A stretch of DNA of 64,000 nt from Podarcis gaigeae. Lineage: Eukaryota. Shown piece after piece: positions 58,973-64,000 of this stretch. The DNA is taken from NCBI GenBank assembly GCA_964106915.2, contig OZ066914.1, one strand, 5' to 3'. The notes beneath the pieces are model-generated. The model was not told where the DNA came from, ran no database searches, and was given only the letters and a program-made list of their open reading frames with translations. Numbering within the stretch: position 1 is the stretch's first letter; each line of letters starts with the position of its first letter. Position numbers and translations under genes: made by a program.

Positions 58973-61900
58973 TTTGTGAAGGGATGTGATGGAGTGAAGC
59001 TGTTCTGTAAAGTTATACCTAGTATAACTTTCTGCGGTTCAGTTGGCACATTGAACATTGCTAGGAAGGCAATAGAAAGCCAGTGACAAGGCTGAAACCT
59101 GATTGTTAATGTTCCCCCACTCACCCATCCCTATGGAGATGTGGGCTATTATGCCCCAGATCTAGCTTCTGAGCAGCATTCTAGGGCGGTTCCCATTATA
59201 GACCAATAGTTGAAATCTTGAGGTAATGTTGATCTAAATTCATAAAAGCCAAAAGTGTGTGTATGATACTGCAACCTTCTTTTGCTGTCAACTAGAAATC
59301 CAGGATATGGGAGTTCTCCCAGACTGAGAGTTTATGAATGGCTAAAGGAAACCAGAGTCTACTATTGGTGACCTGAATCAGCTCTCAGCAGCAGCAGCCT
59401 CTAAATATCAAAACTGCTAAACCAAGGTCAGATATGAAGGGAAGAGCTGGTTATTATTTTACTGTTGTCATGTTACTCTAGATTACTATTGGATTTCACC
59501 TTGTGGTGTCACACACATTTTGAGCAGCAGAGAACACAAAGAAAGGTTCAGAACACCCAAGGAAAGTCATGTGGCTCTGGTGATGTACTAGAGGTGAGGG
59601 ATCAGCAAATAAATTCTGGTATTAAATAGTGTCTGTTGCTAGTTCATCCAGCAGATGTCACACTTAGCAATGCAGCTGTTGAATTGGTAGCTGAAAGCCT
59701 TAAAAGAAGGTTGAAAGATGAAGACAGGTTGTGCTTGCTACCTATGCGTGGGCTTCATTTCCTTGACCTCGTTTATCTGTTTGAGAAGTTCCTTATTTGT
59801 GAAGTGTGCGCCTGCACTGGGTGAATGGAGCTAATGATGACTAAATGAAGGCTGTCCCTCTCTGAATCATGTTTCACAGATTGGCCATGTGTGAAAAGAG
59901 TTCTGATTTTTGACTGCTCTGGGCTAATTATCTGAAGCTAATAACATAGGCATTAATAAGCATCTAATTGGTTTTCTTGATCTTATCCATGGTCTCATTT
60001 TGTTAATCAAAGGAGATAAGCGAGAACCCCAATAAAAACAGCACATGCCCCTTCCAGACAGTTTTATCGGAAAAGACAGAGTAGGCTGCTTAGCATGACT
60101 TGGCACAGACACTGTGCTCTAGCCATGGGACTTTGGTCTCCAGGTAATGCATAATGCAATATTTTGTGGATGTGTACACTGTAAGGTGAAATAAGGCCAT
60201 ATGTCTGCTTCAAAGCAATGAGGGATATGAAGACTTAATTTTCTCCAGTGATCTTTTGATTGGTGCTGTTTGAAGGACAGGACCTCTTGTTTACAGATGC
60301 TTTCACCATCTGCCTGTCTGTCTCTCTGTTGGACCCCAGGGTGACTGAATTTTGGAAATACTGCTGTGTCAGTGCGCAAGCTACTTCATTAAGTATGCTG
60401 GTGGATGAGAGGAAAATCACTAAGCAAGTCACAAAGTTGGTACTCTGATCATCTTCTGGCAGCCTTTTGCAGTGTTTTTATCTTTGTTTTTCTAGGCATG
60501 TTTACTTGGAAGTAAGTCTTGCTGACTTTGGGACTTATCCCTGAGTAAGTGTGGCTAGGATTGCTTGTTAAGTGTTTTCAAATAATGAGATAAAGCCTGT
60601 AACTATTTTCCATGTTATGGGATAACACAGTTTGTAACATTACATTTCTTGAAAGTGTTGAGCTAGCAGATTGTGACTGCCTACCCTCCTTGTCAGTTAA
60701 TTTTTGTTTTAATTGCAGGTTCATTTAGCATGAAACAGTAATGTTAAGTTCACACTTGCAGTGCAATCTGCTATAATTTGTAGATGCAGATTTCTTCATT
60801 TACTAATCAATACTGCCAAGGTTCCTTCCCCCCCCCCCCAGCTCTAATCTAAGGTGAACATTATGATTTCCAGGTTGTTCTTTTTTGTTGGCTAAGATTG
60901 TCCAAGCTGGAGAAAAATTATCTCCTTCCCACTCCTGCTAACTTTTTTATCTGAATAACAGAGGCTGAGAACTGGATGTCAGGTAGAAGGGTGAAAATGA
61001 TGGGTAGTTTCATTGGGAAAGGGCATCCATGTGATGGGGAACTGCAAGAGAACAATAAATACAGGTGGTGATAGAAGGTAATGAAGGAAGGTTTTTTGTG
61101 CATTGCAAATATTGGGGTTCCTATAGGCATGCTAATACCTCCCTGTTGTGTGTCCATGGCATAATTTTGACTACATGAGGACTGGCACTTGGATACTTGG
61201 GTTTGCCAGTAGCATATATGATGTTCTGCTACTCTAGCATATTGGAACTGATGGAGCAAAAGGTCCAAGTAGCAATATAAGGAGGAATGAGAGGGAGGAG
61301 CAAGATCATAGAGACAACCCATATAATCTTTCCTGGGTATTGAGTTCAGCTGAATTACCTCATTAACTATGGATAATTTTAATTGAGGGAGTATTTTTAA
61401 AAAAGAAGAAGGTGATGCCTCTCATACAATGTCTGCATGGAGGAGGCAGTCAAACCCCAAATTAGGAAGGAGTGCACATACGTTTGAAATTTGCCACGCA
61501 TTAGGCGAATTCGCACCTGGCTGTTGGCCTTTTACAACCAAGTGCAGATGCATGGGCACCAGGATGGTGCCTGACATCTCCACCATCTGGAGGTGCATGT
61601 CTGGGGATCCTTAGATCTTGCCTGTTTTTGCACACTAACAACACATCCTTTAGCATTCTATCTGCAATATTTTATCTGCACAATGTGAACAAATTTCAGA
61701 AACCAAAAACTCATATTGAAATGTATGGCTTTCGAGCCATCTGGCCCCAAAATGGCACCTAGACATTTCATTTTGGTGACTGTAACCCTGGTTTAAGTAG
61801 CCATTTGGTGCCTAGCTTATATATCTGAGTTTCTACCACTGTACACATAGTTGGAACAGAAGCTTACGAATCTTACAGCACCCTACCCCGGCTATCTCTT

Positions 61901-63149
61901 CCCACCAGTGCTAAAGAGAGCAGTTAAAAGCTTGAGGTTCATTTTTTCCCTTTTTTTCTTTTGCAAAAAAAACACTTGGGCAGATTGGTGGTATGATACC
62001 GAACTTGTTCCAAAACATCTTAAGTTCCTTTCTGGAACAATCTTGATCCATGCAGGCTGGTATTTGTTGCAAAAATCCTAACACTTACAAGTGGTAGGTA
62101 GTCCTCTGAAAATTAGGATCATATGAAGCTGCCTTTGACTAAGTCAGACCATATTACTACCCCTATCTGGAGATGCTAGGGATTAAACTAGAACCTTCTG
62201 CATGCAGAACAGATGTTCTACTATTTAGTCAGGGCATTAGCCACACAATTAGACATGGAGCACTGGCCTGACTTCTGCCCACCACCACAATGAGATTGTC
62301 AGTTGCTGGAGCAGAGCACAAGATTTCAGATCTTTCTTTTTATGAAACAGAAGTAACCAGCTTATAACTTGGCCTGGCACCAGATGAGATGAGCCAGACA
62401 CAATTCTCAAGCCAAGCTGCTGGCATTGCTACTGTTCCTGCTTAGATAGGGAAATGTTAATATTTATATTCAGATGTTTTAATACATTTATCTCTGCCTG
62501 CAGCAATTGTTTATTGATGTTTCTTTTTATGCTAAATGATGTTCATGTTGCTTTCATTGATGAAGGTGAACCCTCCAACTTTTGGAAGGGTTGTAGAAAC
62601 TTGTACAGCATGACTAGAAGAGTTGGGAATAAAACAAGAACTTTGGGTGCCTTTTGATTTGACTGTACTGGCCTTCTCATACCTTGATTTCTGTATTTTC
62701 TAGCCATCTTGAAATGTCATTCAGATTTGTGACTGAAACTTAACAGTACTATTGTATTGAATTATAGAGTGGACAAGGCCATCTGGACCAACCCTTTGCC
62801 AGTGCAGGAAATTCACCAGAACAGCATCCTGATAGATTGTCATTCAATATCTGCTTTAAAAAGCTTTTAGAAAGAGAGGTCTGCCATTTTCCAAAGCCAT
62901 AGGGGTACCTTGCTGCTAGTGTCTTCTTAGTACTTTATATTTTCCCTGTGTATTCTTGAATGTACATATATGTTTCTGTGTGTGGAGACTTTCCTCTTAA
63001 ATTTCTGCATGTTTTGTGGGAATTCCTATCCAATATTTAATTTACTTTATATAATTGTTTACATCTTCTGTCTGACCTGAGTGACTTAAAGATTTTGTGT
63101 AAAGAAAGTTTTGTTGCTTTCTAGTTTTTTAATTAGTGAGACAGACAGG

Positions 63150-63378
63150 TTGTGTATCCACAGTAGTGACTAGAGGAGGATGAACGAACCACTGAAAGGA
63201 GCATAGAGAAGAAACGCAACAGTGCACCTGTAGCAGCAAAACTGGATGCCTTCGTCTGCCCCACCTACAATAACACATGTCTCTCCTGTATTGGTCTCTA
63301 CAGTCACAGCAGGCGCATGACTTCACCCCCAAAGGCGTACTCCTCCATTGTGTCCTGAGGCAAATGGATACCAACAAC
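63150..63378 (+). mobile_element. RTE-clade LINE 3' end remnant
   Basis: Decayed FVCPT..TCLS.IGLYSHSRR zinc-finger-like terminus and a CCATTG..TCC.GAG.CA.A.GGAT.CCAACAAC tail. The tail motif recurs at ~31895 and ~63671. Confidence 0.6.
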
Positions 63379-64000
63379 GGACAAGCCACCACCAACAAAT
63401 TAAGCTCAACTCAATCCCACTCGAACTCATTCATCCTTCCTTACAAGCCATATTTCACTTTCCAGAGCTCCACTGTCTAAAATACTAAACAAGACATACA
63501 TTCTGGGCATGACATGCAAAGAGAAATACCTGGTTGCCATTATATTTTAATTGTTCGGTAGTTTCCCCACCACCGAGCAGATCACGTTAATACCAGTAAC
63601 ATTTCTTCTAATGAATTAACATGCAGAAATGTGATGGGAAATTTTATTTTCAGCCTCAGGACTGCATCTTCCATTGTCTCCTGAGACAGACGAATGACAG
63701 CAAACACCCCTGGTTCTTAATCCACCTTTTAACACTGACATAGATCTATAGACCTTAATCTCCATGTATATTTGTGTTAAAAAAGCATGATTTACTTTAT
63801 GCAAGACAGTGTTCTTTTCTTTTTGCCAGTAGAGGGTGCATCTCTCAAACTCAATGGTGGGTTGATAACATCTTTAAAGATGGCACAAGAATACTGTTGT
63901 GAAACAGTATTAAAGAGCAAAAACACAGCTTTTTCTCCAGCTGAATATAATTTTAAGAACTCTTCATTCAAGGTCCTCCTCCAAGGGTCTTCTGCTGGTT

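Noticed and set aside
56262-64000. Further AMBRA1 coding exons
   Set aside because: I could not find the next expected peptide (RLLESSLISL-like). The region reads as repeat-rich intron.

Overview
This is vertebrate genomic DNA, most likely from a squamate. The repeat content points to a lacertid lizard, which is an inference. The window carries the conserved ARHGAP1-ATG13-HARBI1-AMBRA1 block. From left to right it contains: (1) the probable 3' UTR end of a + strand gene at 1-~975, named ARHGAP1 from synteny only; (2) a complete ATG13 on the - strand, with 17 coding exons from 20578 to 5674 giving 550 aa, including a 33-aa cassette exon; (3) a CpG-island bidirectional promoter at ~25.1-26.4 kb; (4) the domesticated Harbinger transposase gene HARBI1 on the + strand, with 2 coding exons, 348 aa and intact acidic catalytic-site residues; (5) a second CpG island at ~35.4-36.5 kb; and (6) the first 6 coding exons of AMBRA1 on the + strand (47724-56261), which continues past the window. 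All exon boundaries were read from the sequence as GT-AG junctions with consistent phase. Introns are full of Tc1/mariner-like and hAT-like MITEs, CR1, L2, RTE and L1 fragments, SINEs and microsatellites. I found no wholly new gene system. The best leads are at the RNA level: twin AG|GTGAGT recursive-splice-like sites on the HARBI1-to-AMBRA1 path, an AMBRA1 exitron with a lost acceptor and an expanded polyproline, a possible N-terminally extended ATG13 competing with a uORF, a candidate truncating ATG13 exon, and repeat-borne CTCF-like motifs bracketing HARBI1. All comparisons with human proteins are from memory and should be confirmed by alignment.
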